A DNA stretch of 64,000 nt. Origin: Vulcanimicrobiota bacterium (GTDB lineage Bacteria > Vulcanimicrobiota > Vulcanimicrobiia > Eremiobacterales > Eremiobacteraceae). The number at the start of each line of letters is the position of its first letter. Positions within the stretch are counted from its first letter, which is position 1. The notes under the pieces were generated by a model. That model had not been told where the DNA came from and did not search any database. It saw nothing but the letters and a program-made list of their open reading frames with translations. Below, piece after piece: positions 30,558-40,088 of the stretch. Both the position numbers and the translations under genes were made by a program. Where the stretch lies: positions 166,762-230,761 of the forward strand of contig CAWDVP010000003.1 of the NCBI GenBank assembly GCA_963805945.1, in the 5' to 3' direction.

Positions 30558-30911
30558 GGGGGCGTCACGGTCTCGACGGGTTGTGCCCAGGCGAAGGAAG
30601 CAAGCGGAGTTCCGAGCTCTCCTTAAACGATCGGACCACGTATAAACGCGAATAGCGAATACGCACTAGCTGCCTAACTTAGGTTAGCTACGGCCGCGGG
30701 GCAACGGCGCCGGCACGGGCCCGCGGACGTCAAACAAGACGGCTCACGATTCCGGGTATCTCGACGGAGTCGGACAATTGATCGGGACTGGCGGTCGCGG
30801 TAATCTCGCTCGGGGGAGTACGCGGTCGCGAGAATAAAGCCCGAGATAAGCTTGTAGATGCCTTCGTGGGGGTCTTCTCGGACACCGGTTCAACTCCGGT
30901 CGCCTCCACCA
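30558..30911 (+). ncRNA. ssrA: tmRNA
   Basis: 5' GGGGGCG..TCGAC; tag ORF 30648-30677 ANSEYALAA-stop; 3' T-arm GGTTCAACTCC and CGCCTCCACCA; TACAAT -10 at 30541. Confidence 0.97.
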
Positions 30912-30964
30912 CACCCTTCGGTTGCGATTTCCACGTTCGGATCGTCGGATCTGAGCATACACGC

Positions 30965-31718
30965 ATGGACTTGAGTGAACACGAGCGCAAGAACCGCGCG
31001 TTCTGGGACCGCACCAGCGCCGAGTATCAGGCACGCCACGGCGAGCAGCTGAACAAGCGCGAACTCGCCTGGGGCGTATGGGCCACGCCCGAGTCGCGCT
31101 TGCGCGTGCTCGGCGACGTCGCCGGTAAGGATATCTTGGAATTCGGCTGCGGTGCGGCGCAGTGGTCGATCTTCCTCGCCAAGCGCGGTGCGCGGCCGGT
31201 GGGCCTCGATCTCTCAAGCGAGCAGCTCGCGCACGCGCGCACGCTCATGCACGCGGCCGGCGTCGAGTTCCCGCTCATCGAAGCGAGCGCCGAGGCTGTG
31301 CCGCTGCCCGGACGCGAGCTTCGACATCGTGTTCTGCGATCACGGCGCGATGTCGTTCGCCGATCCGCAGCGCACTGTGCCCGAGGCGGCCCGCTTGCTG
31401 CGGCCGGGCGGGCTGTTCGCGTTCAACATGGCGAGCCCGCTGCTCGAGCTGTGCTGGGATGACGCGAGCGACGTCGTGCGCGACGCTCTTCAACGGACCT
31501 ACTTCGGCATGCGCGGCGGAGAAGATGAAGACACCAGGGTGTTCCAGCTGCCCTATGGGGAGTGGATCAGGCTCTTCCGGCGTGCGGGTCTCACGATAGA
31601 GGACCTCATCGAGCTCCAGCCCGATGCGGACGCGACGTCGTCATACGGCGAATACGTCGGTCTGGATTGGGCTCGGCGTTGGCCGGCCGAGAATATCTGG
31701 AAACTGCGTAAGGAGTAG
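30965..31718 (+). CDS. Class I SAM-dependent methyltransferase (frameshift near 31310)
   Basis: ILEFGCGAAQ, GLDLS; DASFDIVF and RLLRPGG in the next frame. Confidence 0.88.
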
Positions 31719-31764
31719 CCGCGCAAGGGGCATGGCCGGCGACCAAGTCGAACATGCGTTCCAC

Positions 31765-32292
31765 ATGAGAACAGATCGCCTTTCGGCGCCGCCGCAGGCC
31801 TCGCGCTGGCCGTCGGCTATGCTCGCGCTCGTGCCGGGGTGCAGCAAGAAGCCCGCGCAGATCGTGCAGCAGCCCTCCGGGCATATCACCGTCGAGTTCG
31901 TCGCCGCGGGCACCGAGGCGCTCGTGCCGCAGGACTACTCCGCGAATCCAAATCTGCACGGCGCGCAGCTCGCCGATTACGCCGCGACGCAACTGCTCGC
32001 CGGTCCGTCCACCGCGCGCGACAGCGTCGTGCTCTTCCCCGCCGGCACCAACTTGGACGTCACCGTGCAAGGAGATACCGCGGTCGTGGACATCACCGGC
32101 CCGCTCGCGCAGAGGTATAACGGCGGCGCGGAAGACGAATCCGCGCTCTTCAAATCGCTCACCTATACGCTCACCGAGATCCCCGGCATCGACAAAGTGC
32201 AGGTGACGGTCGGCGGAAAGACGCGCGCGGCGCTCAGCGGCGGTCACTTCGAACTGGATCAGCCGCTCACGAGGGAGACGTTCGCACAGTGA
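31765..32292 (+). CDS. GerMN-domain lipoprotein (N-terminus uncertain)
   Basis: VPGC lipobox-like; LLAGP, FPAGT, SLTYTLTEIPGIDKVQVTVGG. Confidence 0.85.
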   Translation: MRTDRLSAPPQASRWPSAMLALVPGCSKKPAQIVQQPSGHITVEFVAAGTEALVPQDYSANPNLHGAQLADYAATQLLAGPSTARDSVVLFPAGTNLDVTVQGDTAVVDITGPLAQRYNGGAEDESALFKSLTYTLTEIPGIDKVQVTVGGKTRAALSGGHFELDQPLTRETFAQ

Positions 32293-34481
32293 CCCGGCGC
32301 GCGGTCGCCGCGCTCATCGCCGTCGCGGCCATGAGCACGTCGTTCTCGTTGCCGTCCGGCGCGGCGGTGCCGGTGCACGCGACCAACGCCGCGGTGTACG
32401 TCGCCGGCCGCCAGGTGATGTTCGAGCATCTCGGCATCGCATATAACGATCCGGTGACGCCTGCGGGCGATGCGGGGCTGCGCTCGATGCTCGAGCTGGT
32501 GAACGCGCAGCTCAACTGGCAGCCCGGCACGCGCTTCGCGGTCATCACGCGCGCCGACGGCGCGCTGATCACGCTCACGGTCGGCAGCATCGCGCTGTCG
32601 GTCGACGGCAGCGCGGTCGCGATGCCGTTCGCGCCGTTCTACAACGGCTCCGAGCTCTATCTGCCGCTGCTGCCGATCGCCAAAGCGCTGCAGCTCGGCG
32701 TGCGTGGCTTCCGCGGCGGCTACATATTCGTGCCGCAGCTCGTCTCGGTGTCGCCCCGCAGCGATGCGCACCGCACCATCGTCGCGATGACGACGTCGGC
32801 GCCCGCGGCCTATCGCAGTTCCTTCGACGCGAAGACGAACACGTTGTTGGTGAGCTTCCCCGGCTTCGGCAGCGCGGTCAGAGGATCGGATATCCCGATC
32901 TCCGGCAGTTATGGCAGCGCGGCGAAGATCGCGCAGAGCGGCCCGCCCGGCTTTCCGACGACGACGGTCGCGATCGGCGTGCAGCGCGGCGTGAAGTTCA
33001 CCGCGCATCGCGTCGACGGCGAGCCGACGGTGGACGCCGTGCTCGCACGCGACGAGGCCGCACTGCATCTCGACGACGCGACGAAGACCTCAGGGCATGT
33101 GACGCGCGCCGGCGACACCACGCCGCCGCCTGTGCCGTCGCCGACACCACCCGAGCTGCGCTCAGGCGCTACAGCGACGCCGACCGCCGCGCCATCACGC
33201 GCGCCGCTCGCGCTGGCCACGGCGCGGCCGGTCCCCCCGACCGCGCATCCCGTCATCGCGGTGGCGGCCGCCACGTCAAGACCGACGTCGACACCGAAAC
33301 CCACCGCAACGCCGACTCCGATGCCGACCGCGACGCCTACCCCGATCCCGAGCGCCGCGCCCAGCCCGACCCCGAGCGCCGCACCCACCGGACCCGCGGC
33401 ACATGTCGAGGCGACCGACACCGGCTCACCGCCGGCTTCGCCGACGCCGGTCGAGATCTACGTCACCAATGTCAGCGCGACGGATATCCCCGGCGCCGGC
33501 ACGCGCGTGACGCTGACGCTCACCGGCGGGCCGGTGAGTTTCGAGTGGCATCGCCTCGCCGAACCGGACAACCGCTATTGGGTCGACATCAAGGGCGTCG
33601 CGCTGACCGGACCGTCGCAGACGATGACATCGGCGTTGCCGTTCCTCAAAGAGATCAAGGTGACGCAGTTCGCGCTCGATCCTGACCGCATCGTGCGCAT
33701 CGCGCTCGAGCCGACGCAGCCGGTGGACGTGAACATCGGCGCCGTAGCGGGGTCGCCCGGCCAGATGGGCATCGAGATCGAAGCCGTACCGCCCGCGGCC
33801 GATGCGCCGCGCGCCGGCGTCGGCGTCGTGACGTGGGAGGGAACGCCGGCGCCGTCGCGCGTGGCGACGCAGCGCGATCTCATCGTGATCGACCCCGGCC
33901 ACGGCGGCAACGATCCGGGCGCGGCGAACTCATCGTACGGCTTGGTCGAGAGCAAACTCACGCTCGCCATCTCGCAGCAGCTGCGCGATGACCTGCGCCG
34001 CCTCGGCTGGCGGGTGGTGATGACGCGCGATGCCGACTATGAGGTCGGCGACCCCAAGGGCGACGATCGGCAAGAGCTGCAGGCCCGCTGCGATGTCGCG
34101 AACGCCGCCGGGGCGCGCGTGTTCGTGAGCGTGCACATCAATTCGTCGGTCGCGCAGCGGCTCACCGGCACGACGACGTATTACTGGCGGCCGGCCGACA
34201 AGGCGTTCGCAGAGGCGGTGCAAAGCGCGGTGATCGCCGCCGACGGCATCACCAACGACGGCGTGAAGCGTAACAATTTCTACGTCATCAAGAACACCAC
34301 CATGCCTGCAGTGCTCGTGGAGACCGCGTTCTTGAGCAACCCGTCGGACGCCGCGCTGCTGGCGCAACCCGCGTTCCTCGCGCGCGTCGCATCGGGCATC
34401 GCGCAGGGCATCATGAACTACACCGGCGGGCCGCAAGCGCCCGTCGGGGTCGTCAAAACCGCGCCCCCGGCCGGCTCGTAA
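32289..34481 (+). CDS. N-acetylmuramoyl-L-alanine amidase (Amidase_3) with stalk/AMIN-like domains and Pro/Thr linker
   Basis: IDPGHGG, ESKLT, FVSVHIN, PAVLVETAFLSN. Confidence 0.92.
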   Translation: MTRRAVAALIAVAAMSTSFSLPSGAAVPVHATNAAVYVAGRQVMFEHLGIAYNDPVTPAGDAGLRSMLELVNAQLNWQPGTRFAVITRADGALITLTVGSIALSVDGSAVAMPFAPFYNGSELYLPLLPIAKALQLGVRGFRGGYIFVPQLVSVSPRSDAHRTIVAMTTSAPAAYRSSFDAKTNTLLVSFPGFGSAVRGSDIPISGSYGSAAKIAQSGPPGFPTTTVAIGVQRGVKFTAHRVDGEPTVDAVLARDEAALHLDDATKTSGHVTRAGDTTPPPVPSPTPPELRSGATATPTAAPSRAPLALATARPVPPTAHPVIAVAAATSRPTSTPKPTATPTPMPTATPTPIPSAAPSPTPSAAPTGPAAHVEATDTGSPPASPTPVEIYVTNVSATDIPGAGTRVTLTLTGGPVSFEWHRLAEPDNRYWVDIKGVALTGPSQTMTSALPFLKEIKVTQFALDPDRIVRIALEPTQPVDVNIGAVAGSPGQMGIEIEAVPPAADAPRAGVGVVTWEGTPAPSRVATQRDLIVIDPGHGGNDPGAANSSYGLVESKLTLAISQQLRDDLRRLGWRVVMTRDADYEVGDPKGDDRQELQARCDVANAAGARVFVSVHINSSVAQRLTGTTTYYWRPADKAFAEAVQSAVIAADGITNDGVKRNNFYVIKNTTMPAVLVETAFLSNPSDAALLAQPAFLARVASGIAQGIMNYTGGPQAPVGVVKTAPPAGS

Positions 34482-34484
34482 GCC

Positions 34485-35276
34485 ATGGCCTCGCGCCCGA
34501 TCGCACTGCTCGACTCGGGGCTTGGCGGCCTGACCGTGCTCCGCGCGGTGCGGGCGCTCGCGCCGACCGTCGACGTGATCTATTTCGCCGACACCGCGCA
34601 CGTGCCGTACGGCGATCGTACGCTGCACGACGTCGCGGCGCTGGGCGCGCGCATCGTCGCGCATCTCAAAGAGGCCGAGCCCGCTGCGATCGTCGTCGCG
34701 TCCGGCACGACGTGCGCGGCGTTCGACGCGTGCGGCTGGCCCGGCGCGCCGATGCCGCTGATCGGCGTCATCGAACCGGGTGCGGTGGCGGCCGTCGCGG
34801 CGAGCGCCAGTGGATCGATCGGCGTCATCGCGACGCAGGCGACGATCGACAGCGGCTGCTTCGAGCGGGCGGTGCGCGCGCGCGCGCCCGGGTCGCGGGT
34901 CACGAGCGTCGCCGCGCCGGCGCTCGTCCCTATCGTCGAGGCGGGCGAGTCCACGAGCGAGCGTGCACGCGTCGCCGTGGCCGATGCCTGCCGCGCTTTC
35001 GCGCACGCGCGCTGCGACGCCGTGATCCTCGGATGCACGCACTTCCCGCATCTACGCGACTGGTTCGCGCAGGCGCTCGGCCCGCGCGTCGCGCTTGTCG
35101 ACCCCGCCGACGAATGCGCTGCGCTCGTCAAAGCGGTGCTCGACGCGGCACAAGTGACGGGCGAGAGCACGTTCGCGTGCGAGGTGAGCGGCGACGAACA
35201 GGTCTTCGCGCGCCATGCGCGCATGCTCGGCGCGCCGCACATGGATCGGCTCGCGCACGTGCCGCTGGCGGGTTAG
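34485..35276 (+). CDS. murI: Glutamate racemase homolog (atypical active site)
   Basis: DSGLGGLTV, VPYG, LGCTHFP; ASGT in place of ACNT. Confidence 0.85.
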   Translation: MASRPIALLDSGLGGLTVLRAVRALAPTVDVIYFADTAHVPYGDRTLHDVAALGARIVAHLKEAEPAAIVVASGTTCAAFDACGWPGAPMPLIGVIEPGAVAAVAASASGSIGVIATQATIDSGCFERAVRARAPGSRVTSVAAPALVPIVEAGESTSERARVAVADACRAFAHARCDAVILGCTHFPHLRDWFAQALGPRVALVDPADECAALVKAVLDAAQVTGESTFACEVSGDEQVFARHARMLGAPHMDRLAHVPLAG

Positions 35277-35926
35277 ATCACATGGAAGAGGCGGAAGAAG
35301 ACGATCACCGAGACGAGCGCTAGCGCGCAGCCGGCGAGCACCTGCGCGAGCGTGTGCGCGCGCAGGTAGACGCGCGCCCAACAGACGAGCGGCACCAGCG
35401 CGGCGTACGGCAACGGCTGCAGTTTGAAGAGCACGAACATCACCGCGAACGGACCGGCGATGCCCACCGCGTGCGTGCTGATCTTCCAATAGCGGGTGAT
35501 GATCATCGTGCCGAGCGCGGTGCCCCAGTAGCCCCACGCGATGGCGATGATCTGGACCGGCGCGCCGCCGATCGTCATGCCCGCGGCGGCGAGCAAGTCG
35601 ATGACGACCAGGACGAGGAAGATCTTCTCGCGCTCGAAGCGGTCGGTCATGTCGAAGTCGGAGATGCGGCCGGTCACGTAGAGGAAGACGAGCACGAGCA
35701 GCGGCAGGACCGCGAACAGCGTGACGGACAGCGCCGACAAGACCCAGAACTCTTTTGTCGAAGCCGAGTATGCGTGAGAGACGATGATGAAGAGCGCAGC
35801 CGCGCAGATGAACGGATTGAAGATGGTCGAGAGCGCCTTCGCGAACTCGACCGCCGCCCGGTGGCGGCGGATGACGGTCGTCTTCGTCTCGTTCGTGCGG
35901 TCGATCAGTCTCGGCTGAGGCTGCAT
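35273..35926 (-). CDS. PAP2-like multi-pass membrane protein
   Basis: WKISTH, WARVYLRAHT..QVLAG. Confidence 0.75.
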   Translation of the reverse strand: MQPQPRLIDRTNETKTTVIRRHRAAVEFAKALSTIFNPFICAAALFIIVSHAYSASTKEFWVLSALSVTLFAVLPLLVLVFLYVTGRISDFDMTDRFEREKIFLVLVVIDLLAAAGMTIGGAPVQIIAIAWGYWGTALGTMIITRYWKISTHAVGIAGPFAVMFVLFKLQPLPYAALVPLVCWARVYLRAHTLAQVLAGCALALVSVIVFFRLFHVI

Positions 35927-35963
35927 TCCGCTCATTATAACCGGGCTCGGCGAGGTCTGTAAA

Positions 35964-36740
35964 GTGGCGCGCCGCACCAGCGGGCACGGCTCTTTTGAAC
36001 GCTCCGGCGGCGCCGCAAGCGTGTTGCTGCTGCACGGGTTTTCCGGCGCTCCCGCGGAGATGCGCGAGCTCGGCGATCGTCTCCACGCGCGCGGCTACGG
36101 CGTCATCGCGCCCGCGCTGCCCGGGCACGCCGGCGACGCGAACGCGCTCAAAGGACTCGGCGTGGACGACTATCTGCGCGCCGCCGAGGAGGCGTACGAC
36201 GTCGCGTCGCTGCGCAGCGAGCGGCTCTACATCATCGGGCTCTCGATGGGCGGCGCGCTCGCGCTGCATCTCGCGCAGAGCAGATCGGTGTCGGCGATCG
36301 TCACCATCAACGCGCCGGTCTTCATGCCGGCGCACGTGCAGCACGGGGTCCCGTTCGTCGCGCGGCACGCCGCCGACGCGCCGCTGCTCGTCAACCTCAA
36401 CGCGCTGTTCGGCAGCATCGGCTATGCGACCGTGCCCGCCTCAGCGGTCACGACGTTCCTCGACGTCATCGCGCACGTGCGCGGCAGCCTGCACGAGGTG
36501 CGCTCGCCGCTGCTCGTGCTGCATAGCTCGCGCGACGCCACCGTGCCGCACGGCAATGCGCACGAGATCATGCGCGCCGTCGCGAGCGAGGACAAACAGG
36601 CGGTCATCTTCGAGGAGGGTCGCCACCTCATAACGGTCGGCCGCTGGCTCGACACCATCGAACCGCCGATCATCGAGTTTCTCACGCGAATGGACAGGGG
36701 TGCGCGGCGGGACAGCCGAACCAACGCCGGGCTGTCTTGA
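35964..36740 (+). CDS. Alpha/beta hydrolase (carboxylesterase/lipase)
   Basis: LLHGF, GLSMG nucleophile elbow, D(ATV), C-terminal His. Confidence 0.92.
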   Translation: MARRTSGHGSFERSGGAASVLLLHGFSGAPAEMRELGDRLHARGYGVIAPALPGHAGDANALKGLGVDDYLRAAEEAYDVASLRSERLYIIGLSMGGALALHLAQSRSVSAIVTINAPVFMPAHVQHGVPFVARHAADAPLLVNLNALFGSIGYATVPASAVTTFLDVIAHVRGSLHEVRSPLLVLHSSRDATVPHGNAHEIMRAVASEDKQAVIFEEGRHLITVGRWLDTIEPPIIEFLTRMDRGARRDSRTNAGLS

Positions 36741-37153
36741 GCGCTTTCCCATACGGAGCATGCACTTTGTCGTTTGCCATCATCGCTTTCGCCCTTATGT
36801 TCGCGACCGGCGCGCCGCCCATCGCGGGAGCCGCGACCCCGGCCGCCGGCCTGCCGACGCCGATCCCCTTCGCCCTTCCGCCGATCACCGCGCATCAGCT
36901 GACGTGGGCCGAGCAGTACCCGGGGCTGACAATGGTCATCGAGGTCCTGTTCCTCATCGCGACGATCGGCATCATCGCGCTCATGTCGGTCCAGACGACC
37001 AAGACCGAGGGCCTGTCGGGCAGCATCGGCGGCCGCGCCGAATCGGCGTATCATGGCCGGCTCGGGCTTGACCAGCAGATCACGCGTATCACGTCGATCA
37101 CGGCGTGCGCGTGGATCGCGCTCGCCGTCGTGTTCTTCTTCGTGACGCGGTAA
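36737..37153 (+). CDS. secG: Preprotein translocase SecG with N-terminal extension
   Basis: TM-VQTTKTEGLSGSIGG-loop-TM core from 36932; start uncertain. Confidence 0.8.
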   Translation: MSAFPYGACTLSFAIIAFALMFATGAPPIAGAATPAAGLPTPIPFALPPITAHQLTWAEQYPGLTMVIEVLFLIATIGIIALMSVQTTKTEGLSGSIGGRAESAYHGRLGLDQQITRITSITACAWIALAVVFFFVTR

Positions 37154-37162
37154 GTCTCGGCG

Positions 37163-38230
37163 ATGCCGCTGCTGTCCGTCAAGGACCTCGAGGTCACGTT
37201 CAAGACCGACGACGGCATCGTGCGCGCGGTCAACGGGCTGTCGTTCGACATCGAGCCGGGCAAGACGCTCGGCATCGTCGGCGAGTCGGGTTCGGGCAAG
37301 AGCGGTCACCGCGCTGTCGATCATGCGGCTCATCGCCATGCCGCCCGGCCGCATCGAACGCCGGCGAGATCTTGTTCAACGGTCAGGACCTGCTCAAGCT
37401 CGGCGAAGCGCGAGATGCGCCAGATCCGCGGCAACAAGATCGCGATGATCTTCCAGGATCCGATGACGTCAGCCTCAACCCGGTGCTCACGATCGGCGAC
37501 CAGATCGCCGAAGACGATCGCGCTGCATCTCGGGCTCGACAAGACACGAAGCGCGCGATCGCGCGCGATCGAGATGCTCGAGAAGGTCCGCATCCCGGCG
37601 CCGCGAATCGGCTCAGGGCGACTATCCGCATCAGTTCTCCGGCGGCATGCGCCAGCGCGTCATGATCGCGATGGCGCTCTCGTGCGATCCCGCAGCTGCT
37701 CATCGCCGACGAGCCGACGACCGCGCTCGACGTCACGATCCAAGCGCAGATTCTCGAGCTGATGAACGAAATGCAGCGAGCGACCGGCGCGGCGATCGTC
37801 CTGATCACCCACGACCTCGGCGTCGTCGCCGAGGTCTGCAAGAACGTGCTCGTGATGTACGGCGGCAACATGGTCGAATACGGCACCGCGGAACAGATTT
37901 TCACGATCCGCGCATGCCGTACACGCAGGGGCTGCTCGCATCGCTTCCGCGCGCTCGACGACAGCGAGCACCGGCGTCTCGTGCCGATCAAGGGCCAGCC
38001 GCCGAATCTGCTGCGCTTGCCGCCCGGCTGCGCGTTCGCGCCGCGCTGCACCTACCGCATGCCGATCTGCGCCGAGCCGGTGCCGCTCGTACGATTTCGG
38101 CGACGGCCACGTCGCGCGGTGCTACCTCTACGACGAACCACGGATCCGCGCGAAGCGAGCGCTCAGGCGCCGCGCGGCGCTCGAGGCCGTCGCCGACGCG
38201 CCGAGGCCGCGTGGCGTCTGGACGGCCAGT
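37163..38230 (+). CDS. oppD: Oligopeptide ABC transporter ATPase OppD/DppD (many frameshifts; end approximate)
   Basis: [39 protein letters not shown]. Confidence 0.85.
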
Positions 38231-39328
38231 CGACGCCGCTGCGCCGCCGTCGCAGGCCGAACGATCAACCGACGATCGTCGGGTCACGAAAGTATTTCCC
38301 GATTCACGCGCGGGCATGTTCTCGCGCCACGTCGCCGACGTCAAGGCGGTCGACGACGTGAGCTTCACGATCACGCCCGGCGAAACGCTCGGCCTGGTCG
38401 GCGAGTCGGGCTCCGGAAAGACGACGATCGGCCGCCTGCATCTTGCGCCTGCTCCGAGCGACCGAGCGGCGAAGTGATCTTCGAAGGTCAGGACATCTCA
38501 AACTGTCGCAGGGCGCACCGCCCTGGAACCCCGCGCCGCGAACATGCGCACGCTGCGCTCAAGATGCAGATCATCTTCCAGGATCCGTTCGCGATCGCTC
38601 AACCCGCGCATGACCGTCGGCGACATCATCGCGCGAGCCGCTGCAGCATCCACGGCATCGCGCAGGGCAAGGACGTCGACGAAGCGCGTCCAAGAGCTGC
38701 TCAGACTCGTCGGCCTGCAGCCGTATCACGCCAACCGCTATCCGCACGAGTTCTCAGGCGGCCAGCGCCAGCGCATCGGCATCGCGCGCGCGCTCGCGGT
38801 CGATCCGAAGTTCATCGTCTGCGACGAGCCGGTCTCGGCGCTCGACGTCTCGATTCAGGCGCAGGTCATCAATCTGCTGGAGGATCTGCAGGCGCAATTC
38901 GGGCTCACCTATCTCTTCATCGCGCACGATCTCTCGGTCGTGCGGCACATCTCGACCCGCGTCGCCGTCATGTACGTCGGCAAGATCGTCGAGATCGCGG
39001 ACCGCGACAAGCTCTATCACAATCCGCTGCACCCGTACACGCAGGCGCTGCTCTCGGCGATTCCGATCCCCGATCCGAAGCTGGAGACGAGGCGCAAGCG
39101 CATCATCCTCACAGGCGACATCCCGTCGCCCGTCAATCCGCCCTCCGGCTGCCGCTTCCACACGCGCTGCCCGATCGCGTTCGAGCGCTGCTCCGTCGAA
39201 GAGCCCGCGCTTCAAAGATTACGGTCCGGCCACTTCGCCGCATGCCACTGGGTGGAAGAACACGGCGGCGAAGCCCCCGACCTCACCCGCAGCCCCGTCG
39301 CTCAGCCGTGTCATCCGGCCGGACATAA
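38211..39328 (+). CDS. oppF: Oligopeptide ABC transporter ATPase OppF/DppF (frameshifts; ends approximate)
   Basis: [45 protein letters not shown]. Confidence 0.87.
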
Positions 39329-39459
39329 AAGAAAGGGCCGTCCGCATCTGCGCGCCACGCTCCATCTTTATACCGAGAGCTCGAGCTTTCTTTTGCGATC
39401 CGCCCCTGCGCTTTGCTGCAATTGCGGAGCGGCATTCATGGCGAAAGGCCGTTGCGGAC

Positions 39460-39830
39460 GGCTATCTTCGGATGGCCTGCAGCCGCTTTCTTCCGGCGGC
39501 TTTCGACTTTTCTTGCGAGGCGGCACCTTGCGGACGGCGCTTCTTGCGACCGGCCTTGCGGCATCGCGCCTTCATACAATCTGCCTTACGCACAACTTCG
39601 GCGACCGCCTTGCGGGCACTTCTTCGACGACCTGCCGGCTACTTGCGGCGCACCTTCGACGTGCTCGCGACGCGCCTTGCGGCGATCTTCTTCCGACGCG
39701 CCTTGGCGCTTCTTCACTTCGTGCGCGGCGTCGTCGTTTCTTCGGTCGCTTCTTCGCCGGACCGGCTTACGGTCATCGTGCCGCTCGGCGCTTTGCGTGC
39801 ATCCTGGATCGCATTTGCGTCCGGACTCAT
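39460..39830 (-). other. Corrupted Lys/Arg/Ala-rich (histone H1-like) reading frame
   Basis: Minus strand dense in CGC AAG GCG / AAG AAG codon runs that drift between frames. Confidence 0.5.
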
Positions 39831-40088
39831 CCTTGCGTTCGTCGCGTTTCAGCGCCGTGCGACAACTGCCGAAGGTAGTCGAAATACGGCTCGATTCGCA
39901 GACGCGAATCTCAACCGCAGAGGGGCCGATCTCTCGCGATCGACCAACTTTCGTCGCAATTCTTCGGTACTCGCATCGTTTTGTCCCGCCATTTCGACAT
40001 CCTCGACAGCCTCGGATCGCAGAGCCGAACGTCTCGCAGCGATGCCGCTGGGATTGCCCTCCATTGACTCCGGCGGTACATAGGCCCC

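Noticed and set aside
33110..33450. Pro/Thr repeats in the amidase gene
   Set aside because: Ordinary low-complexity linker
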